Shown: piece by piece, positions 8,177 to 15,322 of the stretch
Layout of the letters: each line of letters starts with the position of its first letter
Numbering within the stretch: position 1 is the stretch's first letter
Made by a program: the position numbers and the translations under genes
Notes under the pieces: model-generated
What the model saw: the letters and a program-made list of their open reading frames with translations, nothing else
The model's database searches: none
Told to the model about the DNA's origin: nothing
IMG/VR virus record: IMGVR_UViG_2822641076_000001
Coordinates: 121,830 to 153,621 of that record
DNA from: a virus
Taxonomy: Duplodnaviria > Heunggongvirae > Uroviricota > Caudoviricetes
Length of the DNA stretch: 31,792 nt
Direction: 5' to 3' (one strand)

Positions 8177-9334
8177 ATGGTACAAATAAAGGTAACACCC
8201 GAAAAACTTGAGCAGGTCGCACAACAAGTTAGAAATGCAAGACATGATATAGAGTCGATACATAAACAGTTATATAATCAAATGGAAGATTTGTGTAGTA
8301 GATGGTCAGGTGCAACAGCTCAAAGTTTTTATTACATGTTTAATGATGCTAAACCGAAAGTGTTTGTTATTATTAGTGAGATGGATAAGATAGCAGACGA
8401 ATTAATTCATTCTGCTGTAAAGTTCCGTGAAGCAGATAAACTGGCGGTTGAACTTCCTATTGATGAAGGTGCAATGTGTGGCAAACCCAAATCTGATTTA
8501 GAGAAAGCTTGGGATGGTCTTTATGTTGGTTCAGGAAAAGGTGTTGGAGACGCTTGGGAAGGATTTAAAGCGTTAGGTGACGGTGAAACATGGTCAAACA
8601 TGTGGGATGCTGTTGTCAATTATGATGAGACTCTTCCTGCTATGTGGAACGCTTTCTCAGATTCTTTTATGAATGACGTTTGGCATGGTGATGTCGAAAG
8701 CGGATTCCGCTGGGGTTCTTATTTAGTAACGTCAGTTGGATTGGGACTTCTCGGAGGAAAAGGATTGGATAAAGCTTCTACACTTGCTAGAGGCGCTAGA
8801 TTCTCTAAAATAACTCAAATTACCCCACCACGTTTACAACCTGCTTTTGCAGGTGTTGGGCTAACTGGTGAGGCATTACTTAGTACATTACCATCATCGG
8901 GACACTGGGGAAATTATTTGAGTAGCTATCTTATGTTTGCTAGACCGCATTGGCGAGAATCTGAAAAACATGCAGAAGGAATGTACCCCGAACCAAAGTA
9001 CAGTGACCAAGTATCATTTAAAAATAGAGAAGAAGTCCCTTACGGAACAAAAGGAAGCACAAGACCTGACCGATATAGTCACGAAGCAGGTCACAGCATA
9101 GAAGTTAAAAACTACAATGTTATGACATCTAGTGGTAGACGTTCATTAATAAACATTGTAGTAAAACAGTTTGAAGATAGATTAAAACATCTACCCGAAG
9201 GTTCGCATCAAACTGTCGTGATAGATGTGAGAGGGCAAGATGTAACAAGAGAAATATTGAAGCAGATAAGAGAAGAGATAAACCAAAGAACATTTGGACA
9301 GGCAGAAATTATCATTAAAAAAGATATAAAATAA
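8177..9334 (+). CDS. WXG100-domain T7SS polymorphic toxin with pre-toxin TG-like linker and C-terminal PD-(D/E)xK nuclease
   Basis: N-terminal MVQIKVTPEKLEQVA...RWSG...KFREAD; GLGLLGGKGLDKA linker; C-terminal RPD...IEVKNY. Confidence 0.85.
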   Translation: MVQIKVTPEKLEQVAQQVRNARHDIESIHKQLYNQMEDLCSRWSGATAQSFYYMFNDAKPKVFVIISEMDKIADELIHSAVKFREADKLAVELPIDEGAMCGKPKSDLEKAWDGLYVGSGKGVGDAWEGFKALGDGETWSNMWDAVVNYDETLPAMWNAFSDSFMNDVWHGDVESGFRWGSYLVTSVGLGLLGGKGLDKASTLARGARFSKITQITPPRLQPAFAGVGLTGEALLSTLPSSGHWGNYLSSYLMFARPHWRESEKHAEGMYPEPKYSDQVSFKNREEVPYGTKGSTRPDRYSHEAGHSIEVKNYNVMTSSGRRSLINIVVKQFEDRLKHLPEGSHQTVVIDVRGQDVTREILKQIREEINQRTFGQAEIIIKKDIK

Positions 9335-9348
9335 GTAGGTGATTGAAT

Positions 9349-9765
9349 ATGGCAACGGGATTTATGGTCGATTTTTATTGGTATGAACTAGGTACATCTG
9401 ACTTTGTACATTCATTTTTCTCAACTATTAGTTATCATTTAGAAAAAGAGGGTTGGGGAGAAAAATACCCTTGTTTAATGAAAGAATTATATAGTGGAAA
9501 ACTGAAGACCGAAAATCTTTCAAAAGCAATTAAAGAAACAAATGAGATACGTGAGAAATTAAAGATATTCTTACCATCAGAAGTAGTATGGGATATTGAG
9601 GATTTATCCAAACAGCCACCTTGGGGTGACAACATTTCATCAGAAATAACAGACCTGTCTAACTATTTTGTAACAAGTGATGGGAAAGATATGTTTGAAG
9701 TATTGCTCTACGCTCTCAATGAAGCGCTAGAGGAAGGTGTCGATTTAGAAATAAAAAATGTATAA
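9349..9765 (+). CDS. cognate immunity protein (Imm70-like)
   Basis: Immediately downstream of the toxin; GF.VDFYWYELGTSDFVHSFFSTI.YHLEKEGWGEKYP.LM.ELYSG pattern; acidic. Confidence 0.75.
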   Translation: MATGFMVDFYWYELGTSDFVHSFFSTISYHLEKEGWGEKYPCLMKELYSGKLKTENLSKAIKETNEIREKLKIFLPSEVVWDIEDLSKQPPWGDNISSEITDLSNYFVTSDGKDMFEVLLYALNEALEEGVDLEIKNV

Positions 9766-9771
9766 TCAAAT

Positions 9772-9802
9772 AAAAAGACATGGATTATTCCGTGTCTTTT
9801 TT
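9772..9802. terminator. bidirectional terminator
   Basis: AAAAAGACA.GGA/TCC.TGTCTTTTT between convergent genes. Confidence 0.7.
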
Positions 9803-10135
9803 CGTGTTTCTTCCTATTATATATCTCATACCCTCTTCAATTAAATCATTAGTTTTAACTCCTAATCTTTCAGCTCTCACTTTAACACGAGAATAGAGGT
9901 CATCACTGAACGTCGTATTGACTGTTTTGCGGTTATTCGACTTTACTATAACCACATTATGTCTACCTTTAAACTTCTCTAATGTGTGTCTCATACCATC
10001 TTCAAGAAGGAAATTATACGAAGTATCCTGCTCGACAGCAATCATTTTAATCTTCTTTAACATATCTATATCAAGCCTAGTGCAACGATTTTTACGGTCT
10101 TCATCTCTTATACGTATCTGACTAGTGTAAGCCAT
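9785..10135 (-). CDS. tandem ribbon-helix-helix DNA-binding protein
   Basis: Two RHH-like units RKNRCTRLDIDMLKKIKMIAVEQDTSYNFLLEDGM and RKTVNTTFSDDLYSRVKVRAERLGVKTNDLIEEGM; SD GGAGG before ATG 10135. Confidence 0.8.
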   Translation of the reverse strand: MAYTSQIRIRDEDRKNRCTRLDIDMLKKIKMIAVEQDTSYNFLLEDGMRHTLEKFKGRHNVVIVKSNNRKTVNTTFSDDLYSRVKVRAERLGVKTNDLIEEGMRYIIGRNTKKDTE

Positions 10136-10138
10136 TTG

Positions 10139-10209
10139 TTTACCTCCAACATGCAATTTGGTATAATTTTCATATAGATAACTATATAAAAACCAATCAT
10201 AGTAGTCAA
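10139..10209. promoter_or_regulatory. overlapping divergent sigmaA promoters with a central palindrome
   Basis: + TTTACC(10139)-N17-TG.TATAAT(10162-10167); - TTGACT(10204-10209)-N17-TATAGT(10181-10186); TATAG-ATAA-CTATA at 10173-10186. Confidence 0.6.
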
Positions 10210-10223
10210 GGGTGGGATAGTAT

Positions 10224-10739
10224 TTGCAGGTAAATTATGATTTGTTAGATATGGTAATGTTAGACGAAGAGATGTATGAACGTTGGTTTGAAGAGATACA
10301 GAAGTTTAATTGTAGCAATGATACAATGAGTAATTATCTTAAACAAAGCGCTTATTATAATTATACCGAATATGAAGAAAATACAACTTTAGTCATATTT
10401 GATGATTGGCTATTTGGGTATTTCACATTAAAAATGGGAGAGATGAATTTATCAAATACATGCAAACCTGCATTGGAAATTAAAAGATTAGCAGTACAAA
10501 ACTCAATGCAGAATAGAAATCTAGGTAGTATGGTCATAGAATATATTGAGGGTATTGCTAGACAAGTTAATGTCAGATTTATAAAACTTGATGGATTGAA
10601 AGAATACGAAGGATGGTATCAGAAGCAAGGATTTAAAGTCATTGAATTAAATGATTCAGGAAATTACACACCAACAGTATTAATGTACAAAGACTTGTAT
10701 GATGAACGCTTGACAGAAGAATATCTTGAGGGACGATAA
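10224..10739 (+). CDS. GNAT acetyltransferase of the TacT/AtaT-like type
   Basis: FNCSNDTMSNYLKQSA, GYFTL, PALEIKRLAV..SMQNRNLG, IKLDGL...WYQKQGF; TTG start. Confidence 0.8.
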   Translation: MQVNYDLLDMVMLDEEMYERWFEEIQKFNCSNDTMSNYLKQSAYYNYTEYEENTTLVIFDDWLFGYFTLKMGEMNLSNTCKPALEIKRLAVQNSMQNRNLGSMVIEYIEGIARQVNVRFIKLDGLKEYEGWYQKQGFKVIELNDSGNYTPTVLMYKDLYDERLTEEYLEGR

Positions 10740-11014
10740 AAGTGTGAAATATTTCATGCTTTTTTATTTCGTCTCAAAACAAAAGAATACTCCTTATTTT
10801 GAGATAGCTAGTTATTTTTGTACAGAAACTAATACAGCATAAGGCACTAACATAGAAGTGTTTGATAATTAAACATTAGCAACTAATGAGCCGTTCACAG
10901 AAAATAATAAATAACCAACTAACATATTTAATGTTGCTATAAAAACATTTCAATTTTGTCTCAATAACACGTCATTACTCGTCTTTTTGAAACGATACTC
11001 AAAAAAGTCATATA

Positions 11015-11042
11015 GCTTCCTATAAGATAGGTTATGTAAACA
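11015..11042 (+). other. dif-like XerC/D (CodV/RipX) recombination site
   Basis: GCTTCCTATAA-GATAGG-TTATGTAAACA versus B. subtilis dif ACTTCCTAGAA-TATATA-TTATGTAAACT: 9/11, 3/6, 10/11. Confidence 0.8.
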
Positions 11043-11062
11043 AGAAAAATCTTTGAACGCAC

Positions 11063-11109
11063 GAAGAGCCTAAGATATGGTAGATTTTTTCCACCCTCTT
11101 AGGCTCTTC
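11063..11109. repeat. 13-bp perfect inverted repeat next to the dif-like site
   Basis: GAAGAGCCTAAGA-N21-TCTTAGGCTCTTC. Confidence 0.75.
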
Positions 11110-11215
11110 TCAATTATGTATTCTTCTAGTCAATTTTCAAGTTAACTCGTGCAACAGTACTGTTCAGATATCTACTGATATTTTACCATAGATTACAATT
11201 GACATCAATATAAAA

Positions 11216-11527
11216 TTAGAACACAATGTGTACGTTTCCGTCTTCGAATATTTCTACACGCTGATAGCAGTCGAGGTAATCAGATGTCGGTTCGACAAGT
11301 CGAGAACCATCCATGAGAGCTGACACTTTGCTTTCCAAAAATCTCAAGTATAAATCTGAATCATAGACTACATCGTAGAATTTGCAAAATTGTCCATCTA
11401 TGACTACTGAACCTGCAAATCTAAATTGAGAGAATCTTTCTTCAAAATAATCATATGCTTCATCATGACTATTAAATGCAGGTAAATTAGTTTCGAACTC
11501 TCTTGTAATTATATCCACAATCATCAC
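11216..11527 (-). CDS. hypothetical protein
   Basis: 103 aa; strong SD AAAGGAGTG. Confidence 0.75.
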   Translation of the reverse strand: MMIVDIITREFETNLPAFNSHDEAYDYFEERFSQFRFAGSVVIDGQFCKFYDVVYDSDLYLRFLESKVSALMDGSRLVEPTSDYLDCYQRVEIFEDGNVHIVF

Positions 11528-11749
11528 TCCTCTTTTTCTATTTTAACATATTTATTATGTAATTTTTATAGTATAATGAAGTAGAGTTATTAATATTCGT
11601 CATTACCCTATTGGACTCTAGCTATCTAGAGTTCATGTTTTTAATTCAGAATATTATGAATTTTGTTGAAAAACATTGATAAATTAAACTTAATGATTCC
11701 AAATTCTGTTATTATATTATTAAAAGATATATAGGACGAGGAGGATACT

Positions 11750-12844
11750 ATGAACGTTTCAGTTAAGGGAAATGAGAGAGTTACACAACTGTTAAATGAG
11801 TGGTATGTAGAAATTCGTGCTAGAAGGATTGGACAAGCACATCGACTGAAAGAAGAAATTGATAAACAGATTAATAATATAGAAGAAGACCAAAATCTCT
11901 TATTATATTATTCACTTCTAGATTTCCGCTTTCAATATGTTATTGATAATCTAGGTGTCTCTGCAAATAGTTTTGATAAGGTTGAGTCTTTCGAGATTCC
12001 TACAAATAATTTCTTAACTTACTATTACCATTTCTTTAAAGCAATCCACGCTTCAAGTATTGGTAATTATACAATTGCAAAAGAACACTTCGACAAAGCG
12101 GAAAGCCTTCTTGAATTAGTACCCGATGTGATTGAAAAAGCTGAGTTTTACTATAAGCTAGGTGCTTTCCATTATGATATTTATGAATCACTTAACTCAG
12201 TTAAATATGCTACGAAAGCAAAAGAAATTTTTGAGAAGAATGAGAATTATGAACGAAACGTGGGATTCTGTGAAAACCTTTTAGGTATGGCATGTACTAA
12301 TCTAAGAGAATGGATATTAGCAGAAGAACATCTTGTGAAAGCTATGGATATTTTTCAAAAGCTTAATGAGGAAAAATTCATCCTTATGGTTCGCCATAAT
12401 CTAGGTCTTCTTTATGCAGGACAAAACATGTCTGAATTAGCTATCAGATATTTATCGGAAGTATCTGAGAAAAAACCGAACCACTTTAAAGCAATATTCA
12501 TTGAAGCGAAGGAACATTATAAATTAGGAGAGTACGATACGACAGCAACATTGATTGCAAAAGGACATCAATTATGTACTGAGCTTGGCAATAAAGAATA
12601 CTGTCATCATTTCGAAATTTTAAACGCTCTTAATGGAAACGTTCTAGCCGAAGAGCTTGAAGGAATTGTTTTAGCAGGAGTTTCATATTTTGAAAAAGAA
12701 GAACTATATGAATACATTCAAGAATATGAGGAGCAATTAGCAGTTCGCTTTTATAAAGAAAGCAACGACTCAAAAGCAAGCAAATACTTCTATTCAAGTA
12801 CTCAAGCAAGAAAAAAATCTCTTGATAAGGGGGCATTAAAATGA
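11750..12844 (+). CDS. rap: Rap-family response regulator aspartate phosphatase (TPR)
   Basis: LLNEWY.EI...EEDQNLLLYYSLLDFRF N-terminal bundle; TPR-like repeats; SD GAGGAGG. Confidence 0.92.
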   Translation: MNVSVKGNERVTQLLNEWYVEIRARRIGQAHRLKEEIDKQINNIEEDQNLLLYYSLLDFRFQYVIDNLGVSANSFDKVESFEIPTNNFLTYYYHFFKAIHASSIGNYTIAKEHFDKAESLLELVPDVIEKAEFYYKLGAFHYDIYESLNSVKYATKAKEIFEKNENYERNVGFCENLLGMACTNLREWILAEEHLVKAMDIFQKLNEEKFILMVRHNLGLLYAGQNMSELAIRYLSEVSEKKPNHFKAIFIEAKEHYKLGEYDTTATLIAKGHQLCTELGNKEYCHHFEILNALNGNVLAEELEGIVLAGVSYFEKEELYEYIQEYEEQLAVRFYKESNDSKASKYFYSSTQARKKSLDKGALK

Positions 12845-12972
12845 AGAAAGTAATATCTAGTTTAATCGGGATTATTACTGTTTTAACATTGACGTTCGGT
12901 GTTCAACCACCTACAGAAGTACAGCAAGCTTCCGATGTAGTTCAATACGCACATGGAGACCACGGTGGTTGA
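12841..12972 (+). CDS. phr: Phr signalling pre-peptide (43 aa; absent from ORF track); predicted mature peptide GDHGG
   Basis: MKKVISSLIGIITVLTLTFGVQPPTEVQQASDVVQYAHGDHGG*; signal-peptide-like N-terminus; ATGA overlap with the rap stop. Confidence 0.9.
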   Translation: MKKVISSLIGIITVLTLTFGVQPPTEVQQASDVVQYAHGDHGG

Positions 12973-12989
12973 TAATTTAAATGTGACAG

Positions 12990-13020
12990 AGACTAGGTGA
13001 ATTTCATCTAGTCTTTTTTT
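12990..13020 (+). terminator. rap-phr terminator
   Basis: AGACTAG.TGAA/TTCA.CTAGTCT + T run. Confidence 0.75.
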
Positions 13021-13165
13021 ATTTATCATCTTGCATACCAGTTGACTCCCATCATTACCATCATTTGTGCAAGGATATAGAATTGATTGTATGATATAAT
13101 AATATGTCAATGTTTTGGTTTAAGGTATATGGGTTTGTGATACTAAAATAGGATGTGTTGTTAAA

Positions 13166-13522
13166 TTGCTCAAAGATACGGTTGGTTTAAATCTAAGACG
13201 TATTAGAAAGCTACGTGGATACACGTTAAAAACACTATCTGAGCAGACAGGTCTCTCGTTTGGCTACATATCAAAAATTGAAAACGGTCGCAACCTCCCT
13301 AGTCTTGAAGCTATGGAGAAAATCTCAGATGTATTAGAAACTGAGATTTATTTTTTCTTTCTACCGAACAACGAAGAATCTGTAGAAAGATTATATGAAT
13401 GGAGTTCTTTACTTGAGGATTTTGTGACACGAGGCATCACTCCACATGACGTAAGAGAGGCAATTGAAGCAATAGATAAAGCATACAGCATTCTAATAAA
13501 GCAAAAAGCTAATGTAAAATAA
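13166..13522 (+). CDS. XRE-family HTH regulator with SinR/SinI-like C-terminal domain
   Basis: LRRIRKLRGYTLKTLSEQTGLSFGYISKIENG.NLPSLEAMEKIS; C-terminal EWSSLLEDFVTRGITPHDVREAI parallels SinR EWEKLVRDAMTSGVSKKQFREFL. Confidence 0.85.
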   Translation: MLKDTVGLNLRRIRKLRGYTLKTLSEQTGLSFGYISKIENGRNLPSLEAMEKISDVLETEIYFFFLPNNEESVERLYEWSSLLEDFVTRGITPHDVREAIEAIDKAYSILIKQKANVK

Positions 13523-13537
13523 TACATTAGCTTTTTT
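13503..13537. terminator. terminator overlapping the XRE stop
   Basis: AAAAAGCTAATGTA/TACATTAGCTTTTT 14-bp stem. Confidence 0.7.
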
Positions 13538-13559
13538 GAGCGATTAAATAAATTTATTA

Positions 13560-13733
13560 GTCTATAAGTCTATAAATGTCTATAAGTCTATACGTGTCTA
13601 TAAAGGGTTATAAGGTCTTGCAAATCTTCGGTTCTATAAGGTTAGGGTTAAATTGTCTATAGGTCTATAAATTTAATTATGAAAGATATGTAACAATATA
13701 ATTATATGTTTCGAAGTCTATAAGTTTCTATAT
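13560..13733 (+). repeat. array of GTCTATAA-like octamers
   Basis: Copies at 13560, 13568, 13578, 13586, 13596, 13655, 13663, 13716; variants at 13606, 13632, 13726. Confidence 0.85.
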
Positions 13734-13894
13734 TTTGAGATGCATAAATTGTCAATATAAGGTTATATATATGCATACTCAATCGCTCAATAATACTATA
13801 TTGTTATATTAGAATTTTCCTAGCAAGAAAACTTCTATACTTATATTACTATTTTTTTAGCACTTATGCAACTAAAAATGGTAAATTTTTATAT

Positions 13895-13934
13895 AAAAAA
13901 ATAAGGTATTAACGTAAAATGCTGTCAATACCTT
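13895..13934 (-). terminator. terminator ending the late/lysis operon
   Basis: AAGGTATT...AATACCTT stem followed by ATTTTTTT on the - strand. Confidence 0.65.
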
Positions 13935-13958
13935 AAAATTTTAACTTTTCAGTTATGT

Positions 13959-14282
13959 TTATTTATTCCAAGCTTCACCAAATTCTGCCTTTAATTGTTT
14001 AACTGTGGAATTGATTACATGGTCTACCTGTTCTTCCTTAATTTTGATTCCGTGATGATTAGCCATTTCTACTAATTGCTTCTTCGCAATGGTTAGTTTT
14101 TGCTCTCCTCCTAAAGCCCCATAGCTTTGCTGTACTGATTTAACAACAATATTAACTAGTAATTCTTGTTGTTTCAGTTGAGCAAGGATTCCTTTCTTCT
14201 TGAGTAATCGGATTCCATAGCCTCCGACTGTAACTAGGATGAATCCTACAGCGTACATTAATAGTTGTTCTAAAGAAAACAT
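13959..14282 (-). CDS. LL-H-family holin-like protein
   Basis: One N-terminal TM, then LVNIVVKSVQQ...GEQKL..AK pattern; SD GGAGG before ATG 14282. Confidence 0.7.
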   Translation of the reverse strand: MFSLEQLLMYAVGFILVTVGGYGIRLLKKKGILAQLKQQELLVNIVVKSVQQSYGALGGEQKLTIAKKQLVEMANHHGIKIKEEQVDHVINSTVKQLKAEFGEAWNK

Positions 14283-14343
14283 ATATAATTCCTCCAATTT
14301 CTTAACCTATATAAATAGGACATTATGAGATAAAATAGTAATT

Positions 14344-15237
14344 TTATTTCAAGACCATTCGTAAATCTAAAATCGGTTTCCAGTCACCACCGTGACTTCC
14401 TTTTACTCTAACTCTTACATATTTAGATAGGATATCTAGATATTTTCCGTTAGCTTTGACAGAAGCGTCATCAGGCGCACCACCCATAGGATATGTAATA
14501 CCATGAATATTAACGCCATCATGAGACCACTCAAGGTAAGCATCTAATCTAGTATTGAATTGTTGGATTTCATGAGGTAGTAACTCTCCACCTGCCATAC
14601 CTTTTCCGCTAAGCATTGATGTCAATGCTAATTGATTATAGTTATCTACATCAATGAAATCAGTTACATGACCAGTGTCCATCTCAGGGTTTTCGGCTGA
14701 CGGTAATTCTAACTTTCCTCCAAATAGACTAACGACCTTACGCTTAGATGGCGCAACATTCACATCAAGTGTCTTATTCTTAATTGTTGTTTCAGTAGTA
14801 GGATTCAATACCTTAACATCCACAGATTTGTTAGTAATATTTGCATCTAGTGCTTTAGTTGGATTCAACACATTTACATCCATTGTTTTATTAGTGATGT
14901 TTGCATTCACTGTCTCTGTCGGGTTTAGTACTTTGACATCTAGAGATGTATTAGTCACTTTAGATTCGACTGTTCTAACAGGATTTAATACATTCACATT
15001 CAATGAATCATTAGTAACCTTTGTTTCTAGTGATTTATCTGCTAGCTGAACTACTAATTTATCATTTTTAATAGTTACTTCACCTGTTGAAGCAGTACCA
15101 CCACCTCCACCAACACTTCCACCTTTAACTACTACTGGAATTGCTCCACCTTCTGTTAGAGGTTTGTAAACATTTTTCTTCTCATCGTAAGTAAACAACT
15201 CAATTTTTTGAGCAGGCATACTTGTTTCTCTAGTCAT
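14344..15237 (-). CDS. hypothetical protein with ~5 x 20-aa repeats and a C-terminal beta-rich domain
   Basis: (V/I)TNxS(L/M/V)(D/N)V(K/N)VLNPT repeats; poly-Gly linker; C-terminal EWSHDG...YVRVRV. Confidence 0.8.
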   Translation of the reverse strand: MTRETSMPAQKIELFTYDEKKNVYKPLTEGGAIPVVVKGGSVGGGGGTASTGEVTIKNDKLVVQLADKSLETKVTNDSLNVNVLNPVRTVESKVTNTSLDVKVLNPTETVNANITNKTMDVNVLNPTKALDANITNKSVDVKVLNPTTETTIKNKTLDVNVAPSKRKVVSLFGGKLELPSAENPEMDTGHVTDFIDVDNYNQLALTSMLSGKGMAGGELLPHEIQQFNTRLDAYLEWSHDGVNIHGITYPMGGAPDDASVKANGKYLDILSKYVRVRVKGSHGGDWKPILDLRMVLK

Positions 15238-15272
15238 AAAATCACTCCATTTTTAATTTGTTAATTAGAAAT

Positions 15273-15298
15273 AAGCCGACTCAATTAAGAGTCAGCTT
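15273..15298 (-). terminator. hairpin downstream of the endolysin
   Basis: AAGCTGACTC/GAGTCGGCTT stem followed by ATTTCT. Confidence 0.55.
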
Positions 15299-15322
15299 GT
15301 ATGTATTTCTATTGATTATTTC

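Noticed and set aside
11540-11566. Third dif-like site
   Set aside because: Only the TTATGTAAT right arm matches; the left arm is absent
11750-12972. Arbitrium AimR-AimP system
   Set aside because: The receptor starts with a Rap three-helix bundle containing the EDQ motif, not an AimR HTH; the peptide ends in a Phr-type GDHGG
12883-13110. 75-aa - strand ORF
   Set aside because: Antisense to phr and its terminator; no SD
13560-13733. CRISPR array
   Set aside because: The repeats are 8 bp with 0-2 bp gaps; no spacers and no cas genes
13680-13790. Protelomerase telRL hairpin site
   Set aside because: Only short palindromes (ATGCAT, TATGCATA); no long perfect inverted repeat
14675-15049. 124-aa + strand ORF
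   Set aside because: Shadow of the repeat protein's 60-nt repeats
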